DNA from: an uncultured Candidatus Saccharibacteria bacterium | Lineage (GTDB): Bacteria; Patescibacteriota; Minisyncoccia; Phycocordibacterales; GWA1-40-21 | Length of the DNA stretch: 34,313 bases | Direction: 5' to 3' | Assembly: GCA_964587695.1 (NCBI GenBank) | Contig: CAZPLP010000002.1 | Location: 1-34,313 of the forward strand | In this document: piece after piece, positions 20,688-28,555 of the stretch | Position numbering within the stretch: position 1 is the stretch's first letter | Layout of the letters: each line of letters begins with the position of its first letter | Notes under the pieces: model-generated | The model's input: the letters and a program-made list of their open reading frames with translations, nothing else | What the model was told of the DNA's origin: nothing | The model's database searches: none | Program-made: the position numbers and the translations under genes

Positions 20688-23057
20688 CTAGCGTACTTGC
20701 CAACCTTTATTAGCATTCATTTTATTTGTAATTTTTTCCATAACCGCATTAACTTCTTCATCAGAAAGAGTTTTTTCATAAGACTGAAATATGATTCTGT
20801 AAGCATACGAAGTTTTCTTTGAACCATCTTCAAAAGATTTGGTAAAAACATCAAAAAGTCTATTTTTTAACATAAGTTTCCCGACCTCTTTTTCTATAAT
20901 AGAAAACACTTTTTCAGATTTTGTGCCTTCCGGTGTAAATACAGCAATATCACGTATCATAAATGGGTATTGGGAAATCTTTTTATATCTTTTATTAGCA
21001 TCGCCAATTTCTTTAAAATCATATTCTGTTACTTCGGGTAATTTTTCAAGTATTTTTTTAAAATTGAACTCTGCAATATTCTCTATTTTTGTAGAAGTTT
21101 TGATTGAAACTAGGTCAATATTAAATTTTTCTGAAAGATTTTTTACTATAGCGTCTAGTACCTCATTTTCCTTTGGTTTTTTCAAACCCAATGGGTTTTT
21201 AATACCGATTACAAAATTACTTTCTTCACCACTATTTTTAAAAACGTGTCCAAATTCAAATATTTTTATTTGTAGCATATCTACAAGCTCAGAATACCTA
21301 GAGTTAAATTCTAAGCAATTATTTAAGCCATCGCTAAGATTTGTTCGCAAAAATTTTCTCTCTGGAGACATCGGATTAGCAAGTTCTATTTCCCCTTTAT
21401 CTGTAAATGAATAATTTATTACTTCAGAAAAACCTTTTTCATAAAGAATTCTTCGAATTTTTTCTTTGTAAGCAAAACCCTTTTCTATTTTTACTTTTTC
21501 TTTATTTTTAGAAATAGAAATGTCTTTTATTTTATCGTAGCCATATATTCTACCTATTTCTTCAGCCAAATCTTCTTTGATTCTCAAATCCAATCTTTCA
21601 TCTGGTACTGTGATAACAAATCTTTCTAAATTTTCTGTCATCCTTCTATAACCGACTATGTTTTTGAATCTTTCACTTTTATCTAAATCTTCAATAACCA
21701 CTTTATCAAAAAGCATAGTTGCATGTATCACTTTTCCATTACCTAAATACAAACCACAGTGATCTACACCTTCTGGAACATTGGTACCAGGCAAAAATTC
21801 TAAAGTATTATAAAAAATTTTACCTACTCCTGCATTAGCATAAATGGTATCACCAGGAATCAAATCTCCTTTATTGATTTTTTTACCAAACACATATTGA
21901 TCAACAGACATTCTAGGGATTTGAATTCCAGCCTGAACAAAAAGATAACTTACAAAACCAGAGCAGTCAAAAGATTTGGGCGCATCATATGAAATACTTG
22001 CAGCACGTTTATACGGAACCCCAATAAGTGTTTGTGCAATTTTTAATACTTCATCAATTGGTTTTACTTTCTTCCATTCAAATCCAAATTTATCAAAAAT
22101 TTTCTCAATGTCTGAATCTTTTATTTCAACGCCTATAATAGAACTTGCTTCTTTTGAAGAAATCCCTAGTATAAATTTATTAGCTCTTTTTGGATAATTA
22201 TCTACTATTTCTCCAACTTTTGTCAGTGATGTCCCGGCAATTTCTACAATAAGTTTACTAAGTATATCCATTGCTTCACCTGCAACTTCCACTGAAAAAT
22301 CATTTTCATATCTTTTTGATGCATCGGTCTGGATTTTCAATCTTTGAGAAGTTTTCCTTATTTGTACTGCATCAAAACTCGCTGATTCAAGAATGATATT
22401 TTTTGTACTTGTTTCAAGCTCAGCAAAATTTCCTCCTTTTATTCCGGCGATTGCTAGTGGATTTTCACCGTCCGTAATAAGTAAAACATTTTCATCAAGC
22501 TCAACATCTTTTTTGTCTAAAGTAATTATCCTTTGCCCTCTATATGCGTTTTTTACTACAATTTCATTACCAATTTTATCTGAATCAAAAGCATGCATTG
22601 GCTGACCAATTTCAAGCATTACAAAATTTGTGGCATCAACAATATTATTTATTGATCTTTGTCCAAGTGTTTCAAGTTTAATCTTCAACCATTTAGGCGA
22701 GGGACCAACTTTAATATTTTCTACAACTCTACCAATATATCTCCTACAGAGTTTTGGATCTTCAATTTTTACCTCAAGCTTTTTTAAAGTGTCAGAAACT
22801 TTTATATCTTTAAACTTCCTGGAATACAAATTGACTTTTAAGTTTGCCACAACTCCAATTTCTCGAGCTATACCTCTATGACAAAGACAACTGTGATTCA
22901 AGTTCGGTGTAGTTTTTGCATCCATCACAATATCCCCCCCAACTTTTTCTAGTCCTTCCACCTCCATTGAATGCATGGTTAATAGGTCTCCAGTTTTTTC
23001 TGCTGCTGGAGCCTTACCATTCAAATATTCATTTAACCAATTGTAAGAAACTTTCAT
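20688..23057 (-). CDS. pheT: Phenylalanyl-tRNA synthetase beta subunit with an inserted NlpC/P60 domain
   Basis: B3/4 domain (PLAIAGIKGG), B5 (VPDERLDLRIKEDLAEEIGRIYGYDKI) and a C-terminal FDX-ACB-like end. Residues ~331-478 carry NlpC/P60 motifs (GVPYKR, FDCSGFV, PGD, HCGLYLGNGKVIHA). Confidence 0.9.
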   Translation of the reverse strand: MKVSYNWLNEYLNGKAPAAEKTGDLLTMHSMEVEGLEKVGGDIVMDAKTTPNLNHSCLCHRGIAREIGVVANLKVNLYSRKFKDIKVSDTLKKLEVKIEDPKLCRRYIGRVVENIKVGPSPKWLKIKLETLGQRSINNIVDATNFVMLEIGQPMHAFDSDKIGNEIVVKNAYRGQRIITLDKKDVELDENVLLITDGENPLAIAGIKGGNFAELETSTKNIILESASFDAVQIRKTSQRLKIQTDASKRYENDFSVEVAGEAMDILSKLIVEIAGTSLTKVGEIVDNYPKRANKFILGISSKEASSIIGVEIKDSDIEKIFDKFGFEWKKVKPIDEVLKIAQTLIGVPYKRAASISYDAPKSFDCSGFVSYLFVQAGIQIPRMSVDQYVFGKKINKGDLIPGDTIYANAGVGKIFYNTLEFLPGTNVPEGVDHCGLYLGNGKVIHATMLFDKVVIEDLDKSERFKNIVGYRRMTENLERFVITVPDERLDLRIKEDLAEEIGRIYGYDKIKDISISKNKEKVKIEKGFAYKEKIRRILYEKGFSEVINYSFTDKGEIELANPMSPERKFLRTNLSDGLNNCLEFNSRYSELVDMLQIKIFEFGHVFKNSGEESNFVIGIKNPLGLKKPKENEVLDAIVKNLSEKFNIDLVSIKTSTKIENIAEFNFKKILEKLPEVTEYDFKEIGDANKRYKKISQYPFMIRDIAVFTPEGTKSEKVFSIIEKEVGKLMLKNRLFDVFTKSFEDGSKKTSYAYRIIFQSYEKTLSDEEVNAVMEKITNKMNANKGWQVR

Positions 23058-23058
23058 T

Positions 23059-23820
23059 TTAAAATTGATTTACTAATCTCAAATCGCCTGAATAAAACAT
23101 TCTGATATCATCAATCCCATATTTCATCATGGCGAGTCTTTCTACTGAACCACCGAAGGCAAAACCCCTCCATTCATTTGGGTTTATTCCCGCGTCATTT
23201 AATACCTTTGGATGCACTATTCCAGCACCCATAACTTCTATCCAACCTGTCCCCTTGCATACAGAACAGCTAGCTTCTCCACCTTTGCATTTGAAACATG
23301 AAATATCTATCTCTGCTCCTGGTTCAACAAAAGGAAAATAACTTGGTCGAAATCTTATATCAATATCTTTTTCAAAAAATTTATCAAAAAAGGCATTTAA
23401 AACAGATTTTAAAGTTACTAAAGAAACTTCTTTATCAATAAATAAACCTTCAAATTGTTGAAATTGTATTTCGTGTGTAGCATCAGTTGCTTCTTTTCTA
23501 TAAGTTTTTCCCGGACAAATAATTCTAAAAGGTGGTTTATTATTTTCCATAAAATGAATCTGCATGGGACTCGTATGGGTCCGCATAAGTTTTCTCTCTA
23601 CTCCAGAAAAATCTTTGTTTGGTTTAATCCAAAAGGTATCTTGCATATCTCTTGCAGGGTGATCTTTGGGGACGTTTAAAGCATCGAAATTATAATGTTC
23701 TGTTTCAAGCTCTGGGCCATCTGTGAGAATGAATCCCATTTCAAAAAAAATTTTATTTATATCATCAATAACCCGAGTAATTGGGTGAACATGTACAGCT
23801 GTTTTTTCTTGTTCTTGCAT
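23059..23820 (-). CDS. pheS: Phenylalanyl-tRNA synthetase alpha subunit, short form (253 aa)
   Basis: Class II core motifs (HPARDMQDTF, FRPSYFPFVEPG, GWIEVMGAGIVHP, GFAFGGSVERLAM). The N-terminal coiled-coil arm is absent. Confidence 0.9.
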   Translation of the reverse strand: MQEQEKTAVHVHPITRVIDDINKIFFEMGFILTDGPELETEHYNFDALNVPKDHPARDMQDTFWIKPNKDFSGVERKLMRTHTSPMQIHFMENNKPPFRIICPGKTYRKEATDATHEIQFQQFEGLFIDKEVSLVTLKSVLNAFFDKFFEKDIDIRFRPSYFPFVEPGAEIDISCFKCKGGEASCSVCKGTGWIEVMGAGIVHPKVLNDAGINPNEWRGFAFGGSVERLAMMKYGIDDIRMFYSGDLRLVNQF

Positions 23821-23849
23821 GCAACTAATTATACAGAAAATACTGATTT

Positions 23850-24737
23850 TTACAAAATGATTTCGGAAATAACATTATTATCTCTTACGTATAAATTATT
23901 GTTATTTAATCTAAAATCAGGACTTATACCCTTATATAAAATCTGTATTATCTTATCAGGATTATCTTCAATCTGTACTGCAAATATTAAATCGTCTAAA
24001 GCTACTAATACCACACCATCATACCGTGGTAAATAATTAATTTTTGTTGGTTCTTTTGACAGCTCAAAAACTAATTTAATTTTTGTGCAATCGGCTGTTT
24101 CATCACATAAATATTTTGGTGCAGCTTCGTTTTTCCCAAACCATTTAACAAAAAGTTTATTTTTTTCTTTCCATAAGCCTAATTTATTATTCATAATTGG
24201 CGATTTTGCAGTGCCAAGATTTCCTTTAAAATCTATTTTTGTAGTGGAAGCTATTTTTGACACCTTAGTAGTAGTCATATTGAATAATGCAAGTACATCA
24301 GCATATTCCAAGCTTTCGATTTCATTTAATACCGATTTTGTATTACTAGCTATTTTAGAGATAGGCTTTGGTATTTCTCGGACTTCAGTATTTTTAGGTA
24401 AAGTAAAAACATCAGCATCTGAAACCAAATTATCATATACTTTTATTTTTTTACTCCAAGTATTATAACCAAGTTTTTTTACTTCTACTTCATACATACC
24501 TGGTTTAAGATTTTTTATCAAAACATCCCTTTGAAAAAATGAAACTTTATCTTTAAAATTATTATTCAAATAAATTTCAGAGCCAATGGGTGCCGCACTT
24601 ACATAAAGTCCTCCGGTTTTAATTAATCCCCAATTATTAGAAAATATATCTCCTCTAGCATAAAAAACAATAATCGGAGAAATTATAAGAAACAGAATGA
24701 AAAATATAAATAACTTTATCTTTTTTTTGTGATTCAT
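23850..24737 (-). CDS. Membrane-anchored PEGA domain protein
   Basis: N-terminal TM segment and a PEGA-like block (VSAAPIGSEIYLNN...LKPGMYEVEVKKLGYNTWSKKIKV). An ATGA overlap links it to the upstream GT2 gene. Confidence 0.6.
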   Translation of the reverse strand: MNHKKKIKLFIFFILFLIISPIIVFYARGDIFSNNWGLIKTGGLYVSAAPIGSEIYLNNNFKDKVSFFQRDVLIKNLKPGMYEVEVKKLGYNTWSKKIKVYDNLVSDADVFTLPKNTEVREIPKPISKIASNTKSVLNEIESLEYADVLALFNMTTTKVSKIASTTKIDFKGNLGTAKSPIMNNKLGLWKEKNKLFVKWFGKNEAAPKYLCDETADCTKIKLVFELSKEPTKINYLPRYDGVVLVALDDLIFAVQIEDNPDKIIQILYKGISPDFRLNNNNLYVRDNNVISEIIL

Positions 24738-26269
24738 TTTTTTGTATGTTTGGGTGTTACCCAGAAACCCATATATTTTCCAAACATTAATCTAGTCTGT
24801 GCATCGATTGATGGAATACTTGCTATAAATACTACCAAAATTGGTGTTATTAACCACTGCAGGCCAAAAAATATTTTATCCTTTAAATCAAACTTTCTAG
24901 GGTGTGGTGGTAAAAAACTAAATGATACAAATACTGAAAGTAATATACCAACCATTGTAATATTCATTAAGTGACCAGTTATTATAGGTAAATTATATGA
25001 AAGAACTGTAGAATTAAAAGTTCTTCCTCCCAACCAAAGAATAAACCATCCGGAAAGAAAAATAAGTAGTGACGCCATTGATCTTGTCCAAAAACCATCA
25101 ATCAAAAGAAAACTGAAAGTTATTTTCTTTTTCCATGGAAATTGTTTATTTTTTAAAAAACCAAACAATACATATGGGATATTCTCAACGCCCCAAGACC
25201 ATCTTCTTTGTTGTTTGTAAATATTTTTCAATGATTCTCCTAAAGTTGGGGCAAGATTCGCATCCATATAAATTGGATAGCACATAGGTACAACTCTGTA
25301 ATCGCCATTATATGCAAGTAAAGCATTCCAAAAAATTCTAGAATCTTCGGATACCATATTTTTCTGCCAATATCCAAGTTCGTATAAAGCCCTGAAACTC
25401 ATCGAGTGTGAAGAAAATGTTTCCAGTGTATCCGGCCTTTCCTGTTGCATCATTTGGAGTATAGAAATGGAAGCACTTGAAAGTCTAGAAATAGAATTCG
25501 TTTCCCAAAGATTATTATTATAAAAAGGAACAGGCTGAAATGAAGTCCTGAAAGGGTTTTCTGCGGTTAAATAATTCCATGTTAAGCAGTTGAAATAATC
25601 TGGGAGAACAACTGTATCTATGTCAAAAGCAGATACTATTACATCGTCATAATTAATATGATCTATATCAAAAATTTGAATTTTTACCTGTTCGGCAGCA
25701 TATGCTATGTTCGATCCCTTCCCAGCCATTTCTCCTTCTAAGTCTTTTGGGTGAACAGTTATCAAAAGATTTCTGAATTTATCTTTATAATTATCTGTTA
25801 TTTCACTACAAACCTTAACTGCATCTACTCCAGCTCTTTCCTCAGAAGCAATGACGACAATCATTTTCTTCATGTCATATCTACTTTTTAGAATTGCCTC
25901 CAATCCCCTCTTTGCAACATTATAATTTTCATTATAAAAAGGCAAAAATATTACATGATAAATTTGACCATATTGAAAATTCACGAGTCTTTCTTTCCAA
26001 TCTAGTTTCAAATTGTGTGTAGTTTTTTGCCAATTCTGATAAAGATAAATTGAAAAATAAATCGTTTTTAATAACCAATAAACATCAAAAATAATTATAA
26101 AAATTGCACACGCATAAGGAAAAAACATGGGAAAAACAAACATAAGAGCAACTGTTAACCATGTGAGAAAGCCGGGTAAAATTTCCAGTAAACGATAAAC
26201 AAACTTGTCATTCCCTGACAAATCAGTAGCTTTCCCAATTTTAAAATACATACTATTTTTAAAATCCAT
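24734..26269 (-). CDS. Integral-membrane processive family 2 glycosyltransferase (cellulose/chitin-synthase-like)
   Basis: Multiple TM segments, a GT-A core (IFLPFYNEN, SAFDIDTV) and the QxxRW motif (QQRRWSWG). Confidence 0.75.
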   Translation of the reverse strand: MDFKNSMYFKIGKATDLSGNDKFVYRLLEILPGFLTWLTVALMFVFPMFFPYACAIFIIIFDVYWLLKTIYFSIYLYQNWQKTTHNLKLDWKERLVNFQYGQIYHVIFLPFYNENYNVAKRGLEAILKSRYDMKKMIVVIASEERAGVDAVKVCSEITDNYKDKFRNLLITVHPKDLEGEMAGKGSNIAYAAEQVKIQIFDIDHINYDDVIVSAFDIDTVVLPDYFNCLTWNYLTAENPFRTSFQPVPFYNNNLWETNSISRLSSASISILQMMQQERPDTLETFSSHSMSFRALYELGYWQKNMVSEDSRIFWNALLAYNGDYRVVPMCYPIYMDANLAPTLGESLKNIYKQQRRWSWGVENIPYVLFGFLKNKQFPWKKKITFSFLLIDGFWTRSMASLLIFLSGWFILWLGGRTFNSTVLSYNLPIITGHLMNITMVGILLSVFVSFSFLPPHPRKFDLKDKIFFGLQWLITPILVVFIASIPSIDAQTRLMFGKYMGFWVTPKHTKK

Positions 26270-26388
26270 CCCGTTACGAAATAGGACGCGTACAAAACAT
26301 ATGTTTTGCTAGCTATCCTGATTAAAGTTAATTAATAAGCTATCGATATCTCCCTGTACTAATCCGTGTCCGCTATTTCGTACGGGAG
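26268..26388 (-). repeat. Palindromic element type A, copy 2, abutting the GT2 start codon
   Basis: cccgttacgaaat (26270..26282) pairs with atttcgtacggg (26375..26386) with a one-nt bulge. The second helix is ggacgcg/cgtgtcc. The element aligns along its full length with 1822..1940. Confidence 0.6.
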
Positions 26389-26472
26389 CCATTTAGAATA
26401 AAAGAATAGCGTAAAATTAGGTAAAAAGCAAAAATGCTAATAAATATTTGGTAATATATATTTTATTTTTTG

Positions 26473-26545
26473 AGCCACCTCCCAGACTTGAACTGGGGAC
26501 CTTCGCTTTACAAAAGCGTTGCTCTACCAACTGAGCTAAGGTGGC
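26473..26545 (-). tRNA. tRNA-Thr (anticodon UGU), CCA not encoded, discriminator U73
   Basis: Hand-folded cloverleaf: acceptor GCCACCT/AGGTGGC, D stem GCTC/GAGC, anticodon loop TT-TGT-AA, T arm CCCAG-TTCAAGT-CTGGG. Confidence 0.85.
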
Positions 26546-26596
26546 ATAATAAATCCAAAACACTAGCTCAACTAATTTAACAGAAAAAAAGATAAA

Positions 26597-26974
26597 TTAC
26601 AAATCTTTTTTTCTTAATGAATTTTTGTAATCTGTAACATTTTTTATAAAAAACGATACAGAATTCTTATTTTGAAAATTAGGTTTTTGGGGGCTTAAAA
26701 AGAAAGATGGCTGTTTACTATCAAATCTTCTTTTTAAATAAATGCTTTCTTTTTTTATAAAGTCAGTAACCATAACAGTCAGTCTATGAAAATTCTTCAA
26801 TTTGATTTTTGAAAATAAATGCTTACTTTTATGAAAAATATTGTGGCAATTTTTGTCATTTTGACAAACTATGTTTGAGATAGCTTCGTGGTGATCAAAT
26901 GAAATACCAAAATACTTAATTGCAAACATTGCAATTAATGAAACTAATGATATATAAAATAAAAATATTGCCAT
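26597..26974 (-). CDS. Hypothetical protein with an N-terminal TM segment
   Basis: ATG-initiated ORF with a hydrophobic N-terminus (AIFLFYISLVSLIAMFAI). No motif recognised. Confidence 0.45.
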   Translation of the reverse strand: MAIFLFYISLVSLIAMFAIKYFGISFDHHEAISNIVCQNDKNCHNIFHKSKHLFSKIKLKNFHRLTVMVTDFIKKESIYLKRRFDSKQPSFFLSPQKPNFQNKNSVSFFIKNVTDYKNSLRKKDL

Positions 26975-27022
26975 ATTGTTTAACTACTAGGATTAAATTA
27001 TATCACGCGTATATATAAAAGT

Positions 27023-27625
27023 TTAACAAGTTGCTGGAGCAGCCTGGACTTGAAAACGAACATATCTGGCGACTTCTATTTTTTCTCCAAATTTTTGTAT
27101 GGCATTCTGAATAAGAGTATTTATTGTAATGCTTGGATCTTTTATAAAATCTTGTTCTATCAAAATTCTTTCCTTAAAAAAGGCATCCAATTTACCATTA
27201 AGAATTTTTTCTCTCATAGCTTCTGGTTTGTCTTTTACTTCATCAACAAAAGCAGCTAACACTTTATCTTTTTCTTCCTGCGGAACTTCTCCTTTATTTA
27301 CAAAAGCTGGATTAGTTGCAGCAATTTGCATTGCTATATCTTTTCCGAGTGCAGCAAAGTCTTCATGCTTTGAGACAAAATCCGATTCACTGCAAAGCTC
27401 AACTAAAACACCAACGGTTCCAATTCCATGAATATAAGATACTATTCTGCTAGATTTTAGAGTTCTTTCCGCTTTTTTTGCAGCAATTTCCGCTCCTTTT
27501 TTTTGTAACAAGATTAAAGCCTTATTCATATCTCCCGCTGCGTCTTCTAGAGCTTTCTTACATTGCATGATAGAAATACCTGTTTTCTCTCTGAGCTCTT
27601 TAACTAATTCCATTGATATATCCAT
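27023..27625 (-). CDS. tsf: Elongation factor Ts (short form)
   Basis: The N-terminal UBA-like MDISMELVKELREKTGISIMQCKKALEDAAGD places the start at ATG 27625. The longer track ORF overlaps rpsB. Confidence 0.85.
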   Translation of the reverse strand: MDISMELVKELREKTGISIMQCKKALEDAAGDMNKALILLQKKGAEIAAKKAERTLKSSRIVSYIHGIGTVGVLVELCSESDFVSKHEDFAALGKDIAMQIAATNPAFVNKGEVPQEEKDKVLAAFVDEVKDKPEAMREKILNGKLDAFFKERILIEQDFIKDPSITINTLIQNAIQKFGEKIEVARYVRFQVQAAPATC

Positions 27626-27689
27626 GATAAATATTAAATTATTTAATAACAACTTATTTAAAACACTTAAAAATCGCAAAAATAAAAAC

Positions 27690-28400
27690 TTAAACTTTTG
27701 CAACCTTTCCAGCTTTATATGACTTTATTATCTCTGAAATAAAGAATGCAATACTTGAAACTGATGCATCATTGGCAACGATAGGAAAATCTAATAGTTT
27801 TATATTACAATCTGTATTTGCTAAAGCTATAACTGGTATTCCTGCCTTTTTTGCTTCTGCGACTGCAATAAATTCTTTCTTTGGATCAATAACAAACAAG
27901 GCTTTCGGAGCATCTCTCATAATTACTATTCCTGAAAACATTTCATCTAAGTTTGCTATTTCTCTATCAATAAGTAATCTTTCCTTTTTTGTATATTTTG
28001 ATAACTCGCCTTTTTCTTTTTGTTTTTGTAAATCCTCAAACTTTGCAATTCTCTTTTTAATTTCTGGAAAGTTTGTAATAGCACCTCCTATCCATCTACC
28101 ATCAACAAAAGGCATGTCTATAGACTGGGCACCTAATTTTAAAGCTGTTTTTGCTTCACTTTTCCCACCAACGAATAGTATTTGTTTACCTGCTTTTGCA
28201 AGTGCTGTAACAAATTCTTCTGCTTTTTCAAGTTGTTCATTTGTTTTTTCAAGATCAATTATTTCTACTTTATTTTTTGTTCCAAAAATAAATGATGTTG
28301 TTGAAGCGTGTCTTCTTGATTTTTGATAACCAAAATGTGCACCTGCTTTAAACATTGCGTCGATTATATCGTTATTCTTTATTTTCTTTTCTTCTGTCAT
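27690..28400 (-). CDS. rpsB: 30S ribosomal protein S2
   Basis: GAHFGYQKSRRHASTTSFIFG and the rest of the S2 fold. It shows the conserved rpsB-tsf gene order. Confidence 0.95.
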   Translation of the reverse strand: MTEEKKIKNNDIIDAMFKAGAHFGYQKSRRHASTTSFIFGTKNKVEIIDLEKTNEQLEKAEEFVTALAKAGKQILFVGGKSEAKTALKLGAQSIDMPFVDGRWIGGAITNFPEIKKRIAKFEDLQKQKEKGELSKYTKKERLLIDREIANLDEMFSGIVIMRDAPKALFVIDPKKEFIAVAEAKKAGIPVIALANTDCNIKLLDFPIVANDASVSSIAFFISEIIKSYKAGKVAKV

Positions 28401-28460
28401 TACAGTTGTAATTTTAAGCTTTTTAATTAATATTTCTTATATATTTTATATCTAAAATTT

Positions 28461-28499
28461 TATTATCTGCTTCATCTCGTTGTTTACAACGGGACAAGT
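28461..28499 (-). promoter_or_regulatory. Candidate rpsB promoter with a conserved 17-nt upstream box
   Basis: The minus strand reads acttgtcccgTTGTAAa, a 17-nt spacer, then ATAATA. The 17-mer acttgtcccgttgtaaa is identical at 33099..33115. Confidence 0.4.
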
Positions 28500-28555
28500 T
28501 AGTGAAAAACAGTCTATCAGAAAAATGACTACTTAGCAACCCTTTTTTCTCATCT

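Noticed and set aside
20839-22881. Plus-strand ORFs inside pheT (20839..21414, 21976..22197, 22393..22605, 22630..22881), and similar antisense ORFs inside dnaE, pheS, tsf, rpsB, the RT and other genes.
   Set aside because: All lie antisense to strongly supported conserved genes and have S/F/I/L-rich low-complexity composition typical of AT-rich antisense frames.
27626-27703. N-terminal extension of tsf in the ORF track (MQKFKFLFLRFLSVLNKLLLNNLIFI...).
   Set aside because: The extension overlaps the rpsB 3' end and is hydrophobic junk. The conserved EF-Ts N-terminus begins at ATG 27625.
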